Assembly: GCA_041320515.1 (NCBI GenBank)
Contig: JBGLNR010000001.1
Span: 578,405 to 642,404, forward strand
DNA from: Planctomycetota bacterium
Lineage (GTDB): Bacteria; Planctomycetota; PUPC01; DSUN01
Direction: 5' to 3'
Length of the DNA: 64,000 nt
The notes below the pieces were generated by a model. The model did no database searches, was not told the DNA's origin, and worked only from the letters and a program-made list of their open reading frames with translations. Numbering within the stretch: position 1 is the first letter of the stretch; the number at the start of each line of letters is the position of its first letter. Shown here one piece after another: positions 16,591 to 26,247 of the stretch. The position numbers and the translations under genes are program-made.

Positions 16591-18192
16591 AGCCTTGGCC
16601 TCCGCTGCGGACGCCGTCTGCCCGCCGCGCCCGCCGACGGGGAGAACCTGTGGGACGGCAAGCACCATATCCTGGGCTACGACTTCTGGAACCTGCGCGG
16701 GCTGCTCCTCACCGCCGACGCCGCGCGAATCCTGGGCAAGGCCGCCGAGGCCGACGAGTTGCTCGCCGAGGCGAAGCTCTACCGCGAGGCCATTGATGCG
16801 GCCCACAAGCGCACCGCCCTCCCCCATTTCCCGCCCAGTTGGGAGAAGGCGGGAACGCACTGGGGCGACACGGAGACGCTCTGGCCAACTGAGATTTTCG
16901 CCGCCGACGACCCACGTGTCACGGCGTCGCTCAAGCACGTGCGGGAGGACTTCGGCGGCGGCTTCGTCGAGGGCACCATCCGCTGGTCGCCCGGCGGCCA
17001 GCCCGTCATCCACCCCTACATGTCCGCCTACACCACGATGGCCTCGCTCGTCCGCGGCGAGGACGAGAAGGCCGTCGAGGAGTTCTACTGGCAACTGCTG
17101 CATTCGACCGCCGCGCACGCCTTCCCCGAGGGCATCTTCTACAAGCGGCGCTACGCCTGGAGCGAGACGATTCCCCACGTGACCGGCGCGTCGAACTACG
17201 CCCTGATGCTGCGCCACATGCTCCTCCACGAGCAGGGCGACGAGCTGCACCTGCTCCTCGCCGTGCCCGACTGGTGGCTGGGAGACGGACAGGAGATTCG
17301 CGTCGAGCGCGCCCCCACCCACTTCGGGCCGATGAGCTTCACCATTGCTGGCAAGGCGGCCGGCGTCGAACTCTCGCTCGACCCTGTAGGCGGGGCGTCT
17401 CTGCCCCGCGTTCGCCGCCCCAAGCGCATCATCCTGCACCTACCCAAGTCGCGGCCGCTCCTGAACAAGGTCGAAGGAATCGAGGTCGCCGCACGCGGCG
17501 ACCAATCGAAACGCTGGGACTTCCCCACAGTCGTCAAGCTCTACCAGGAGATGAAGCCGCAGGTGAAGCCGCTCCCCGGCCTCGTCAAGCTGCCGCTCGC
17601 GCCCGAACTGAAGCCTGAGCAATGCCAGACGCTCGACCTCGCGAAGCTCGCCAACACCGACCCCTTCACTGCCCCGTTCGGCGTCCCGAAGCCAGGCAAG
17701 TTCCTCTTCACCGGCCTCCGCGTCGGCGAGCAAACCGTCGGCGGCGTGCCGTTCCAGGTCATTGACCCCGCGAAGAATGGGGGCAAGGGACTCGTCGTGC
17801 TCCACAGCCCTCAAGCGCCGAAGGACATCAAGTGGCCGACGCAGGTCGAGATTCCCGTCAAGGCGCAGGGCAAGCGCCTGTTCGTCCTGGGCAACGTCAC
17901 CGGCTGGTCGCCCGACGACGAGGGCGCGGGCGAGTGGGGCGCCGTCGCCGAATACGTCATCCACTACGCCGATGGCCAGACCCAGGCCGTCCCCCTCATC
18001 AGCGGCCGCACGGCGGACGATTGGGTGCTCACCCCCGTGGCGACCGAGGCCCACTGCGGCCTGAGGGGCGAGCCGTGGCACCTCAACGTCCTCGGCGTCG
18101 CCCTCCGCCCCGTCGCCGTCGAGAAGCTCGTCTTCCGCGACCTCGGCACCCCCGCCGCGCCGCTGCTGGCTGCTATCACGATGGAGAAGTAG
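16591..18192 (+). pseudogene. 3' fragment (~530 codons) of a glycoside-hydrolase-like gene lacking a start codon (truncated at the start of the converging hydrolase gene)
   Basis: The frame carries clearly protein-like sequence (…ENLWDGKHHILGYDFWNLRG…(alpha/alpha)-barrel-like, then a C-terminal beta-sandwich). There is no ATG until deep inside, and the upstream in-frame sequence is antisense to the hydrolase gene. A GTG at 16543 is the only conceivable start. Confidence 0.45.
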
Positions 18193-18197
18193 GCCGC

Positions 18198-18226
18198 TTG
18201 ACAGTGCGGGAGCGGCCGGCTATCAT
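18198..18226 (+). promoter_or_regulatory. sigma70-like promoter TTGACA-N17-TATCAT
   Basis: cTTGACAgtgcgggagcggccggcTATCATtattgcg lies about 55 nt upstream of the kinase ATG at 18280. Confidence 0.55.
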
Positions 18227-18279
18227 TATTGCGTCTGCGAGGGGTTGACTTCCTCCATGTCCGTCTGGGGTACTGTGAC

Positions 18280-19650
18280 ATGCCGGGAGATAGCAAGCCT
18301 AGCGGGACCAGAGCGACCACGGCGATCCTGGAAATCTCGCAAGCCATAGTCGGGCCGGTCGGCCTCCAGGAACTCCTGGAGAGGGTTGTCAGGACCCTTG
18401 CTGAGCTGGCGAGTGCCGATGCGTGCAGCATCTGGCTGATTGATGCAGACAGGAAGGTCCGCATCAAGGCGGCCACAGGCTACCAGCAGCGCCTGTTGCC
18501 GACGTGCCCGGATTACGTCGCCGCGCTCAATGCAGGCAAACTCGATGACTACACCAAGGGTGCGAAGCTGCCTATCCCGGCGGAATATGAGCTGGGCGAA
18601 GGCATGACTGGCACAGTGGCGATGAATGGCGAAGCCGTCCGTACCACGGGACAGATTGAGCACCGCAAAGCGCACCCGCAGTGGAGAGGCAAGTATGACA
18701 GGGTGCAGTGGCCGCATGGCGGCGGAGAGTGCGTATCCTACGTTGCCATTCCCCTGAAGTTCACCGACCCGCTGTCTCGAGACCAGCGCGTCATCGGTGT
18801 TCTGAAGATCGAGAACAAGAGGGACCCAGACGGCACGCTCGCCAGAGCTTTCACAGCAGAAGATGAGGAAGTGATGACGATCCTCGCTAATGTCATCGCG
18901 GTGACGATTGAGAACCAGAGGTTGGCGGAAGAGCGGCGGAAGGAGGACCGGAAGCAAGCTGAAGACGTGTGGCGGTTGGTCTCTGCCCGCCTGGCGCACA
19001 AGATCGGCAACGAGAATTTCGCCGCGAAGGGGTTCCTGGACGACTTGAAGGGGTGGGTGGCACCGGAGGCTGCGAAGCTTCTGAATAGCCTCAGACAGTG
19101 CTACGATGCGATTGATCTGATCACTGGAGAGGCGAAACGCTTCTCCAGCGAACCTAAGATGAACAGACGGCTATGTCGGTTTGCGGAAGCCGTCGAGGCG
19201 GCGGTGCGAGGGTATCCAAACACGGCATGGGGGGCAGAACTGCAGTTCGAACACGAGGATAGCAAGAGGTTTAAGGACGAAGAGTTGTTGCGCGTGGAAC
19301 TTGACGAGGGCCAGATACGCCACGTCCTGATGGAACTCCTCGAGAACTCCCAGAGCTTCAAGCCACGAGATGCAAGGATAACGGTTCGCACTGGACGCGC
19401 ATCACGAGAGCTGACGGCTGGGTTCAGGCTCCAGGGCGAGAACGCGTTCATTGACTATCTTGACAACGGCCCAGGCGTGAAGGATAATATGAAGGAAGAG
19501 ATCTTCAAACCCTTTGTGTCCACCCGCCAGGGATCGGGTCTTGGGCTATCAATAGTCCGGCAGATTGTTGAGGCCCACGGCGGCAAGATAGCGGAGCGTG
19601 GGGAAGCTGGCACAGGGGCTCGGTTCCTCATCCTCTTCCCCCTCACTTGA
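18280..19650 (+). CDS. GAF-domain sensor histidine kinase
   Basis: GAF-like N-terminal half (…ACSIWLID…GMTGTVAMNGEAVR…GVLKIENK). The C-terminus has a HisKA H-box-like 'LAHKIGNENF' and an HATPase_c G-box 'GSGLGLSIVRQIVEAHGG'. An alternative upstream ATG exists at 18229. Confidence 0.8.
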   Translation: MPGDSKPSGTRATTAILEISQAIVGPVGLQELLERVVRTLAELASADACSIWLIDADRKVRIKAATGYQQRLLPTCPDYVAALNAGKLDDYTKGAKLPIPAEYELGEGMTGTVAMNGEAVRTTGQIEHRKAHPQWRGKYDRVQWPHGGGECVSYVAIPLKFTDPLSRDQRVIGVLKIENKRDPDGTLARAFTAEDEEVMTILANVIAVTIENQRLAEERRKEDRKQAEDVWRLVSARLAHKIGNENFAAKGFLDDLKGWVAPEAAKLLNSLRQCYDAIDLITGEAKRFSSEPKMNRRLCRFAEAVEAAVRGYPNTAWGAELQFEHEDSKRFKDEELLRVELDEGQIRHVLMELLENSQSFKPRDARITVRTGRASRELTAGFRLQGENAFIDYLDNGPGVKDNMKEEIFKPFVSTRQGSGLGLSIVRQIVEAHGGKIAERGEAGTGARFLILFPLT

Positions 19651-19663
19651 GTGAGGAATCGAC

Positions 19664-20287
19664 ATGGGTTCGAAAGTCCTGGTAGTTGACGACGAGCCTC
19701 GCGTGCGCGAGGCGCTACGGCTTCGGCTCGAGCACATGGGCTGCGAAGTCATCGAGGCGGACAGCCGAGCCAAGGCGGAAGAAGTTGTTTCGGGTCACAG
19801 ACCCGAAATTGGCCTTGTGATTCTGGACCTTCGCCTGGAGTCACTGTCAGAGGAAGATGGAAGCGAATCCGGTCTGCGGTTCTTGGAAGAGAGGCTGACA
19901 CTACAGATGATGTGCAGCGAGTGTGGTGTTGCCGAGTTCATGCCCCGGGTCATAGTTCTGACGTCGTACCCCAATTGGCCGAGCTGCCGGAAGGCGTTCC
20001 TTGCAGGAGTCTTCGACTACCTCGACAAGAATGACCCAGGCGTTTGGGACATCCTCCTGGAGGCGGTGAAGAACGCGCTTCGGCAGCCCTCTCTACGCAC
20101 CCTGTCGCTGAGGTGGATTGAGGACCACTTTGACGAAGTCCAGTCGAGGTACGGCGGAAGGATTCTGGCGCTCAGAGGCGAGGAGGTCGTGGCCGAAGGG
20201 CCGACGTTGGAGGAGGTGGGCCGCATCATGACAGAGAAGAGCCTGAGCCGCCAGGATTGCTTCCTTGTCCAGGTCCCGGAGTGCTAG
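19664..20287 (+). CDS. response regulator, REC domain with a C-terminal domain that is not an HTH
   Basis: 'KVLVVDDEP…' carries the phospho-acceptor Asp, 'LVILDLRL'. The C-terminal ~90 aa are not recognisable as a DNA-binding output. Gene follows the kinase by 13 nt. Confidence 0.8.
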   Translation: MGSKVLVVDDEPRVREALRLRLEHMGCEVIEADSRAKAEEVVSGHRPEIGLVILDLRLESLSEEDGSESGLRFLEERLTLQMMCSECGVAEFMPRVIVLTSYPNWPSCRKAFLAGVFDYLDKNDPGVWDILLEAVKNALRQPSLRTLSLRWIEDHFDEVQSRYGGRILALRGEEVVAEGPTLEEVGRIMTEKSLSRQDCFLVQVPEC

Positions 20288-20289
20288 CC

Positions 20290-20973
20290 ATGCCAAACCT
20301 AGATGCGCCGCTGGCCCCGGATATGACGCTTATCCCACATCGCAGACAACGACCCGCGCCAGGGAGCGGTCGGGAGGCGGTTGCCTGGCTGACGGAGGCC
20401 ATCCGGTCTGTCCAGACCAGGGAAGTCAGCGTTTCCCTCGGGTCCGGAGGCGGGGTGTCCGTGGCTATGAGCCCCGCGGACCCAGGTGCCCCAAGTCTCT
20501 TCACGGTCGAAGTCGCAGATCGGCTGGGGATGCCAGATTCCAGCAGACTCCTCCTCCCCTACCGCCAAGCGTCCCGCAAGATCGGCTGGGGATTCGATGA
20601 GTTCGTTCTTCTGAGACCCGCCGGTGATGAGAACGCCACACCTTGCCTGGAGCAAGTGCGGTTCGTGCTCCACGAGGCGCAGACCGTGTTGAGCCTCTGT
20701 GCCTGGTTCCAGTTGTTCCCTCGCGACGTGCGAGAAGTCGGTGAGGCCCTTTGGCGACGCCTGGTCGAAGAGGGGGAAGTGCCCGAGAAAGAGAAGGTGA
20801 CGGCTGTCGAGGTCGAGACAGGCGCCTACGCTGTGTTTGGCGGTCTGCACCAAGCTCTCGACTGGGCACAGCGGCAGCGCTTCCCAAGACCCACGGTGTA
20901 TCTCCGCGTCTACGACCCCATCTTCCCGTTCATTGCTGCGAGCAGGATGCGTGATGGCGAACGGGTCAGTTGA
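20290..20973 (+). CDS. hypothetical protein co-transcribed with the two-component system
   Basis: The ATG at 20290 overlaps the response-regulator stop. Protein-like composition. No family recognised. Confidence 0.5.
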   Translation: MPNLDAPLAPDMTLIPHRRQRPAPGSGREAVAWLTEAIRSVQTREVSVSLGSGGGVSVAMSPADPGAPSLFTVEVADRLGMPDSSRLLLPYRQASRKIGWGFDEFVLLRPAGDENATPCLEQVRFVLHEAQTVLSLCAWFQLFPRDVREVGEALWRRLVEEGEVPEKEKVTAVEVETGAYAVFGGLHQALDWAQRQRFPRPTVYLRVYDPIFPFIAASRMRDGERVS

Positions 20974-21346
20974 ACGTGTTACCATAGATGACGCCGACGG
21001 CCGGCCCAGGGTCACCCCTCGCGCGAGGTCAGCGACGCGAGGTGGCGCCATAGCCCTCCCTGCCGTCCTTGACACTGGGTCATCTTACCCACTCATCTTG
21101 TCCGACGAACTTGTCGCCACGATCAAGACGGGGCCCAAGTGTGTGGGAGAGATCGGAACCGCGGACGGCCGGCCCGTGCCTTGTGAGCTCTGCTTTGGCG
21201 AGGTCGAGTGGCTGGGCGCTTGGCGTGATGAGGTCATAGTGGTGGTGAGAGGTTGCCCCGTCCCGCTTCTGGGCATGCCACTGCTAAGAAGGACGATGAT
21301 TGCACTGCTCGACAAGAGCGGCTCGGTAAGTCCTCTTGAGGACTGA
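20954..21346 (+). CDS. retropepsin-like (clan AA) aspartic peptidase
   Basis: 130-aa ORF starting MANGSVERV. 'ALPAVLDTGSSYPLI' carries the D-T-G active-site motif, and the C-terminal 'GMPLLRR' is typical of bacterial retropepsin-like proteases. It overlaps the previous gene by 20 nt. Confidence 0.7.
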   Translation: MANGSVERVTIDDADGRPRVTPRARSATRGGAIALPAVLDTGSSYPLILSDELVATIKTGPKCVGEIGTADGRPVPCELCFGEVEWLGAWRDEVIVVVRGCPVPLLGMPLLRRTMIALLDKSGSVSPLED

Positions 21347-21387
21347 TCGCGCCAGAGAAGTGAGGCGCTTCCTCGCGTCAGCCGGGA

Positions 21388-22074
21388 TTACGCCTCGGGG
21401 TCGTCGCGGGACTGTCGCTGTTCGCCCCTCGCGCGCGCGTGGCCGCGGATGGCCGCGGTCTCGGCGAGGGCGGAGAGGAAGAGGGCGGGGAGGATGATCA
21501 TCCAGTAGGCGTGGGTGCGCTCGGCGAGAAGGGAGTTCACGTTGCCCAGCGTGTACTGCCCCGCGGCCGAGAGCTTGCGCGCCATGCCGATGCCCAGGCC
21601 CACCGAAATCCAGAAGCTCGGCAGCTCGAGGGCCAGCACCGCCATCCCACAGAAGTCCACCCAGCGCGGTATCCCGGCCGGCGCCGGCGGCGGCACCGAA
21701 GGGTCGCGCGGCGCCTCGACGACTGCGGCCAGGGCGCTCTCGCGGCCCTTCAGCACCACGACGCCGATGTTCAGCCCCGTGAGAAACGCCATCGCCGCGG
21801 GCAGCACGATGAGCACGCCCGAGGCCATGTAGAGGTAGATCGCCACGGAATTGAAGAGGAAGATGACCAGGAAGATGCGGACGGCGTGCATTCCTGGCCC
21901 GATGATCCGCATCACGCGCTTCACGAGCCAGAGAGGAAAGGCCATGAGCGCGCGGTAGTCGTGCCGAACCACCGGCCCCGCCGTGGCCAGCCCGGCCACG
22001 AACAGCGCCGCCGCCGCCACCCCCAGCCACATGTGGTCCACCAGCAGCCGCGCGGAGGAGTAGAAGGAGACCAT
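21388..22074 (-). CDS. multi-pass membrane protein, SpoIIM/DUF95-like
   Basis: Five to six hydrophobic helices. The start is taken at MVSFYSS, with the alternative ATG at 22116 being 14 codons longer. Family assignment is by overall architecture only. Confidence 0.55.
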   Translation of the reverse strand: MVSFYSSARLLVDHMWLGVAAAALFVAGLATAGPVVRHDYRALMAFPLWLVKRVMRIIGPGMHAVRIFLVIFLFNSVAIYLYMASGVLIVLPAAMAFLTGLNIGVVVLKGRESALAAVVEAPRDPSVPPPAPAGIPRWVDFCGMAVLALELPSFWISVGLGIGMARKLSAAGQYTLGNVNSLLAERTHAYWMIILPALFLSALAETAAIRGHARARGEQRQSRDDPEA

Positions 22075-22145
22075 GCATCGCCCCAAGGGGAGTGGAACCG
22101 ACGCCCATCGTAGCACGCGCGCGATCCGCGATCAAGGAGCATCGC

Positions 22146-22174
22146 TTGACCGCGCGCGGCGTGGCCTGTATACT
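22146..22174 (+). promoter_or_regulatory. sigma70-like promoter TTGACC-N17-TATACT upstream of recG
   Basis: Read directly. The -10 element ends 12 nt before the recG ATG. Confidence 0.55.
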
Positions 22175-22185
22175 CCGGCCCCGAG

Positions 22186-24246
22186 ATGAAGACTCCCCTC
22201 GACGAGCCCGTGAGCGCGGTGAAAGGCGTCGGCCCGGCGGTGGCCGAGCGCCTGGCAAAGCTCGGCATCACGACCGTGCGCGGCCTGCTCTGGCACTTCC
22301 CCCGCCTCTACCAGGACCGCTCGCGCCTGAAGCCCATCGCGCAACTCGCCCTCGGCCAGCACGAGGCGTTCGCCGGCCGCGTGCGCGACGTGCGGACCAC
22401 CTGGTGGCGCGGCCGCGGCGGCGTGCTCACGGCGATCATCGAGGACGCGACGGGGCAGGTCGCGGCGCTCTGGTTCGGCATGCCCTACCTTGCGAAACAG
22501 CTCAAGCCCGGCACCCAGCTCGTCCTCTGGGGCAAGGTGACGATGGGCAAGCGCCTCTCCGTCCTCTCGCCCGAGTTCGAGCTGGTCGGCGACGACGAGC
22601 CGCTCCACGCCCAGCGCATCGTGCCCATCTACCCGGCCACGGCGGGCATCGGCCAGAAGCGCTTCCGCCGGCTCATGCGGGCCGCACTCGACGCCTTGGG
22701 CGGCAATGTCCCCGAGATTTTCCCCGAACCGTTCCGCGAGAAGCGCCGCCTCATTCCTGCATCCCAAGCCATCGAGCAAATCCACTTCCCCGAGCAGATG
22801 AAAGCGGCGGAGATGGCTCGCCGCCGCCTCGCCTACGAGGAGTTCTTCGTCCTCGAGGCCGCCGTTGCCCTCCGCCGCCGCGCCCTTCAGCACGGCGTGA
22901 AGGGCATCGCGTTCGACATCTCGCCGAAGATTGACCAGCGCATCCGCCGCCGCTTCCCCTTCCGCCTCACGACGGCCCAGGAGCGGGCCATCGCCGAAAT
23001 CGCCGCCGACATGGCCGCGCCCCGCCCGATGAACCGCCTCCTCCAGGGCGACGTGGGGTCGGGCAAGACCGCCGTCGCCCTCTACGCCATGCTCGCCGCC
23101 GTGGCCAACAAGCACCAGGCCGCCCTCATGGCCCCCACCGAAATCCTCGCCGAGCAGCACTACCGCACCATCGAGGCCCTCCTCAGGGGCAGCCGCGTCC
23201 GCACCATGCTCCTCCTCGGCGGCGCGCCCGCCGCCGAGCGGAGAGAGAACCTCGCCGCCATCCGCGAGGGGCGCGTGGATATCGCCGTCGGCACCCACGC
23301 CCTCATCCAGAGCGACATCGGCTTCGCCCGCCTCGGCCTTGCCGTGGTGGACGAGCAGCACAAGTTCGGCGTCCTCCAGCGCGCCACGCTTCGCTGGAAG
23401 GGCGCCCGCCCCGACGTGCTGGTGATGACCGCCACGCCCATCCCCCGCTCCCTCGCCCTCACCGTCTTCGGCGACCTCGACCTCTCGACGCTCGACGAAA
23501 TGCCCGCCGGCCGCCAGCCCATCACGACCGCCATCGTGCCCCCGACCCGCCGCACCGACGCCTGGCAGGTCATCCGCCGCGAACTCGCCGCCGGCCGCCA
23601 AGCCTACATCGTCTACCCCCTCGTCGAGGAATCCGCGGCCTCCGACTTCAAGGCCGCCACGCAGATGGTCACACACCTCCAGCGCGACATCTTCCCCGCC
23701 CACCGCGTCGGCCTGCTCCACGGCCAGATGAAGGCCGAGGAGAAGCAGGAGCGCATGGCCGCCTTCCGCGCCGGCGACACCCACCTCCTCGTCGCCACCA
23801 CCGTCGTCGAGGTCGGCCTCGACGTGCCGAACGCCACGGTGATGGCCATCGAGCACGCCGAGCACTACGGCCTGAGCCAGCTCCACCAGCTTCGCGGCCG
23901 CATCGGCCGCGGCGAGCACCCCTCCCACTGCCTCCTGATGGTTGACGAAGCCGATGCATCGGAAAAGCTGGCCATCCTGGCCGAGACGAGCGACGGCTTC
24001 CGCATCGCCGAGGATGACCTCAGGCGTCGCGGCCCCGGCGAGTTCCTCGGCACCCGCCAGCACGGCCTGCCCCCCTTGGCCATCGGCGACTTCACGGAGG
24101 ACATTCGCCTCCTCATGGAGGCCCGCCACGACGCCTTCGCCCTCGTCGAGTCCGACCCCGCCCTCTCCAAGCCCGCCCATCGGCCCCTCAAGCGCGCCGT
24201 CCTCTCCCGCCACGGCGACGCCCTCGACCTGGCCTCGGTCGGCTAG
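22186..24246 (+). CDS. recG: ATP-dependent DNA helicase RecG
   Basis: 686 aa. Wedge domain, then Walker A 'GDVGSGKT', DEQH box 'VVDEQHKFGV' and helicase C motifs. Collinear with RecG. Confidence 0.95.
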   Translation: MKTPLDEPVSAVKGVGPAVAERLAKLGITTVRGLLWHFPRLYQDRSRLKPIAQLALGQHEAFAGRVRDVRTTWWRGRGGVLTAIIEDATGQVAALWFGMPYLAKQLKPGTQLVLWGKVTMGKRLSVLSPEFELVGDDEPLHAQRIVPIYPATAGIGQKRFRRLMRAALDALGGNVPEIFPEPFREKRRLIPASQAIEQIHFPEQMKAAEMARRRLAYEEFFVLEAAVALRRRALQHGVKGIAFDISPKIDQRIRRRFPFRLTTAQERAIAEIAADMAAPRPMNRLLQGDVGSGKTAVALYAMLAAVANKHQAALMAPTEILAEQHYRTIEALLRGSRVRTMLLLGGAPAAERRENLAAIREGRVDIAVGTHALIQSDIGFARLGLAVVDEQHKFGVLQRATLRWKGARPDVLVMTATPIPRSLALTVFGDLDLSTLDEMPAGRQPITTAIVPPTRRTDAWQVIRRELAAGRQAYIVYPLVEESAASDFKAATQMVTHLQRDIFPAHRVGLLHGQMKAEEKQERMAAFRAGDTHLLVATTVVEVGLDVPNATVMAIEHAEHYGLSQLHQLRGRIGRGEHPSHCLLMVDEADASEKLAILAETSDGFRIAEDDLRRRGPGEFLGTRQHGLPPLAIGDFTEDIRLLMEARHDAFALVESDPALSKPAHRPLKRAVLSRHGDALDLASVG

Positions 24247-24305
24247 GCGGCGCAGTGTACGTGCTCGTACGCTGGGGCTTCTTGCCGGGCGCAGCTCTCG
24301 GCCAA

Positions 24306-26168
24306 TCACCCCCTGGCTTGCTGAATGACCAAACGCTGAATGCCCAGCAGGATGTCGGCGGTCTTCTTCTTGGGGACGTTCGTGCCTGTCGTGTCGAGCT
24401 GCTGGCCATGGCCCACATGGACAATGTTCGGCTGGGACCAGGTGCCCGGAGCGAACTCTCGGCTCGCGAAGTCCTCATAGAGGATCACGCCCGCCCCCGC
24501 CGGGCGCGTCGAGCCGCCGAGGTGGTAGTACAGCCCCTTGCCGCCAAATACGACGCAGTCCTTCGCGGAGCCGAAGACCGTGCAGTCAATGAGGCCGAGG
24601 ACACGCTCGCCCTCGGGCAGACGACACTGCGCCATTGCACTGCCCAGCTTCTTGGCCGGGATATCCGGCGCGACGAACAGGTCGCTCTGGGGGAGACACA
24701 CTCTCAGGAGACCGATGATCGCGTCGTCGAGGCCGGGCGGCCGGGGTGGCTCCCCAGGCCGAGGAGCAGGGCGAGCCATCGCGCCGCCTTCGGCCGGTCC
24801 CTGGCTCGCGGCCGGGGCGGCCCGCCGGTTCATCAGCTCCTTGAGGCACATCAGCATGTCCACCGCCTTATCCCTCGGGACACTCGAGCCGCTGATGTTC
24901 ATGGACTCGCCGCGGTCCATCTCGATCTGGCCTGCGATGAGCAGAGCGCCCACCTTGAACGTCCGGTCGGGGAACTCCCGGTAGGGAATCGAGTGGACTC
25001 CCCCCTCGAGATGATAGTGGAGCGCCTGGCTGCAGAACACAAGGCAGTTCTTTGCGGAACCGAAGCACGTGCAGTCGATGAGGGCGACGACGCCCTCCCC
25101 CGCGGGGACGCGGGCGGCTGCGCAGGCATTCGCCAGCTTCTTGGGCGGAATGTCGGGAGCCACGAACAGCCCTGCCTGCGGAAGGTAGCTCTTCAGGAGA
25201 TGGTGGACCGCGTGTTCCTCAGAAAGCGGGAGGAGTCCGCAGGAAGGGAGCGCGGCGAGTCGGGCTACCCGCTCGTTCCGCCCAGGGTCCACAGCCGGGG
25301 CGCTCCGCGCATCGGGCTGAGCCAGACAGGCAGGAACCGAGTCGAAGACGCGGCCCTCGTTGACCGCGCGGAACTGCTTCGCGTAGTTGCCGTTCTGAAA
25401 TGTCACGACGACGCAGTCTTGCTCGGTCTCCATGCCCAGGATGACCGTGGAGCCGACCTCCACGGAGTCGCCGGCCGCCAGGTGGCCCGATGCGTCGTGG
25501 CCGGTCCGGGCGCGGCATCCCGCGCAGACGGGCACGCTGAGGGTCACAGCAGTCGCCTGGGCCGCCCCCTCCCCTTGGGACGCCCCTGCGCCCGCTACCT
25601 CGGCCCCGACAGCCCCACCGACGATCTCCCCAGCAATGTCCCCGACCAGCCCGCCCGTCGCCGCGCCCACGACCATGCCGACGAGCCAGCCTGCTGCCTT
25701 CCTGCCTTTATTGCCCTTGTGCGGCCGCGGTGCAGGCGCCGGAGCCGATGTGGCGATGTCCCAGGCTAACTCCTCCGTCGGCCCCTCCACGAAGCACCCC
25801 ACGCACCGCCGGGGCCACAACATGGCCGCGGAGGCCCGGAAGACGACTCGAACGGGTGCCTGGCACCCCTCATCCGTCAGCCGCAACGGCCCCTGTTCCA
25901 CGGCTGCCCTGAGAAGGGGCGCCCTGCGCTCCATCGGTGTCGGCGTCACGACAACGGGCGGCAAGCGGGGTGGCGCTGGCGGCGGCCCCCTGCGCTCAGG
26001 CGGCGTCGGCCGCACGACAACCGGGGGTGGCTGGTACGGGGCTCTCGGCGTCGCATGGGCAGGCGCCCGCGTGAACTGCTGGCACACGGGGCACTTGAAC
26101 AGCTTCCCCGCGTGCTGATCCCCGGTCTGGAGAAGGCGACCGCACGTGCACCGGAACGTGATAGCCAT
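24306..26168 (-). CDS. MJ0042-type zinc-ribbon protein with Pro-rich linker, glycine-zipper TM segment and two tandem copies of an uncharacterised ~110-aa domain
   Basis: 'MAITFRCTCGRLLQTGDQHAGKLFKCPVCQQF'. 'GWLVGMVVGAATGGLVGDIAGEIVGGAVG'. Then '…LPQAGLFVAPDIPPKKLANACAAARVPAGEGVVALIDCTCFGSAKNCLVF…' is repeated as '…LPQSDLFVAPDIPAKKLGSAMAQCRLPEGERVLGLIDCTVFGSAKDCVVF…'. Confidence 0.75.
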   Translation of the reverse strand: MAITFRCTCGRLLQTGDQHAGKLFKCPVCQQFTRAPAHATPRAPYQPPPVVVRPTPPERRGPPPAPPRLPPVVVTPTPMERRAPLLRAAVEQGPLRLTDEGCQAPVRVVFRASAAMLWPRRCVGCFVEGPTEELAWDIATSAPAPAPRPHKGNKGRKAAGWLVGMVVGAATGGLVGDIAGEIVGGAVGAEVAGAGASQGEGAAQATAVTLSVPVCAGCRARTGHDASGHLAAGDSVEVGSTVILGMETEQDCVVVTFQNGNYAKQFRAVNEGRVFDSVPACLAQPDARSAPAVDPGRNERVARLAALPSCGLLPLSEEHAVHHLLKSYLPQAGLFVAPDIPPKKLANACAAARVPAGEGVVALIDCTCFGSAKNCLVFCSQALHYHLEGGVHSIPYREFPDRTFKVGALLIAGQIEMDRGESMNISGSSVPRDKAVDMLMCLKELMNRRAAPAASQGPAEGGAMARPAPRPGEPPRPPGLDDAIIGLLRVCLPQSDLFVAPDIPAKKLGSAMAQCRLPEGERVLGLIDCTVFGSAKDCVVFGGKGLYYHLGGSTRPAGAGVILYEDFASREFAPGTWSQPNIVHVGHGQQLDTTGTNVPKKKTADILLGIQRLVIQQARG

Positions 26169-26219
26169 GCCTCACCCGCCGTGATGGCTTGGGGGCATCT
26201 GCGCACAGAAGTCACGCTA

Positions 26220-26247
26220 ATTATATTCCTCTGCGCAAGCCTGTCAA
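26220..26247 (-). promoter_or_regulatory. consensus sigma70 promoter TTGACA-N16-TATAAT (minus strand)
   Basis: Reverse complement reads cTTGACAggcttgcgcagaggaaTATAATtagcg, about 45 nt upstream of the ATG at 26168. Confidence 0.7.

Noticed and set aside
19664-19690. tRNA-like TPsiC-loop motif GGTTCGAAAG
   Set aside because: It lies inside the response-regulator start (MGSKVLV) with no acceptor or anticodon-arm context. No tRNA, rRNA or tmRNA could be supported anywhere in the window.
22132-24309. 725-aa minus-strand ORF antisense to recG. The same applies to 32180..35512 (antisense carB), 37959..42227 and 41351..43732 (antisense giant genes), 58794..61475 and 61016..62494 (antisense modABC), 9859..11211 (antisense sulfatase) and 389..1585
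   Set aside because: Typical stop-codon-poor antisense frames of a ~70% GC genome. They have Arg/Ala/Gly-rich low-complexity composition, no motifs, and lie opposite strongly supported genes.
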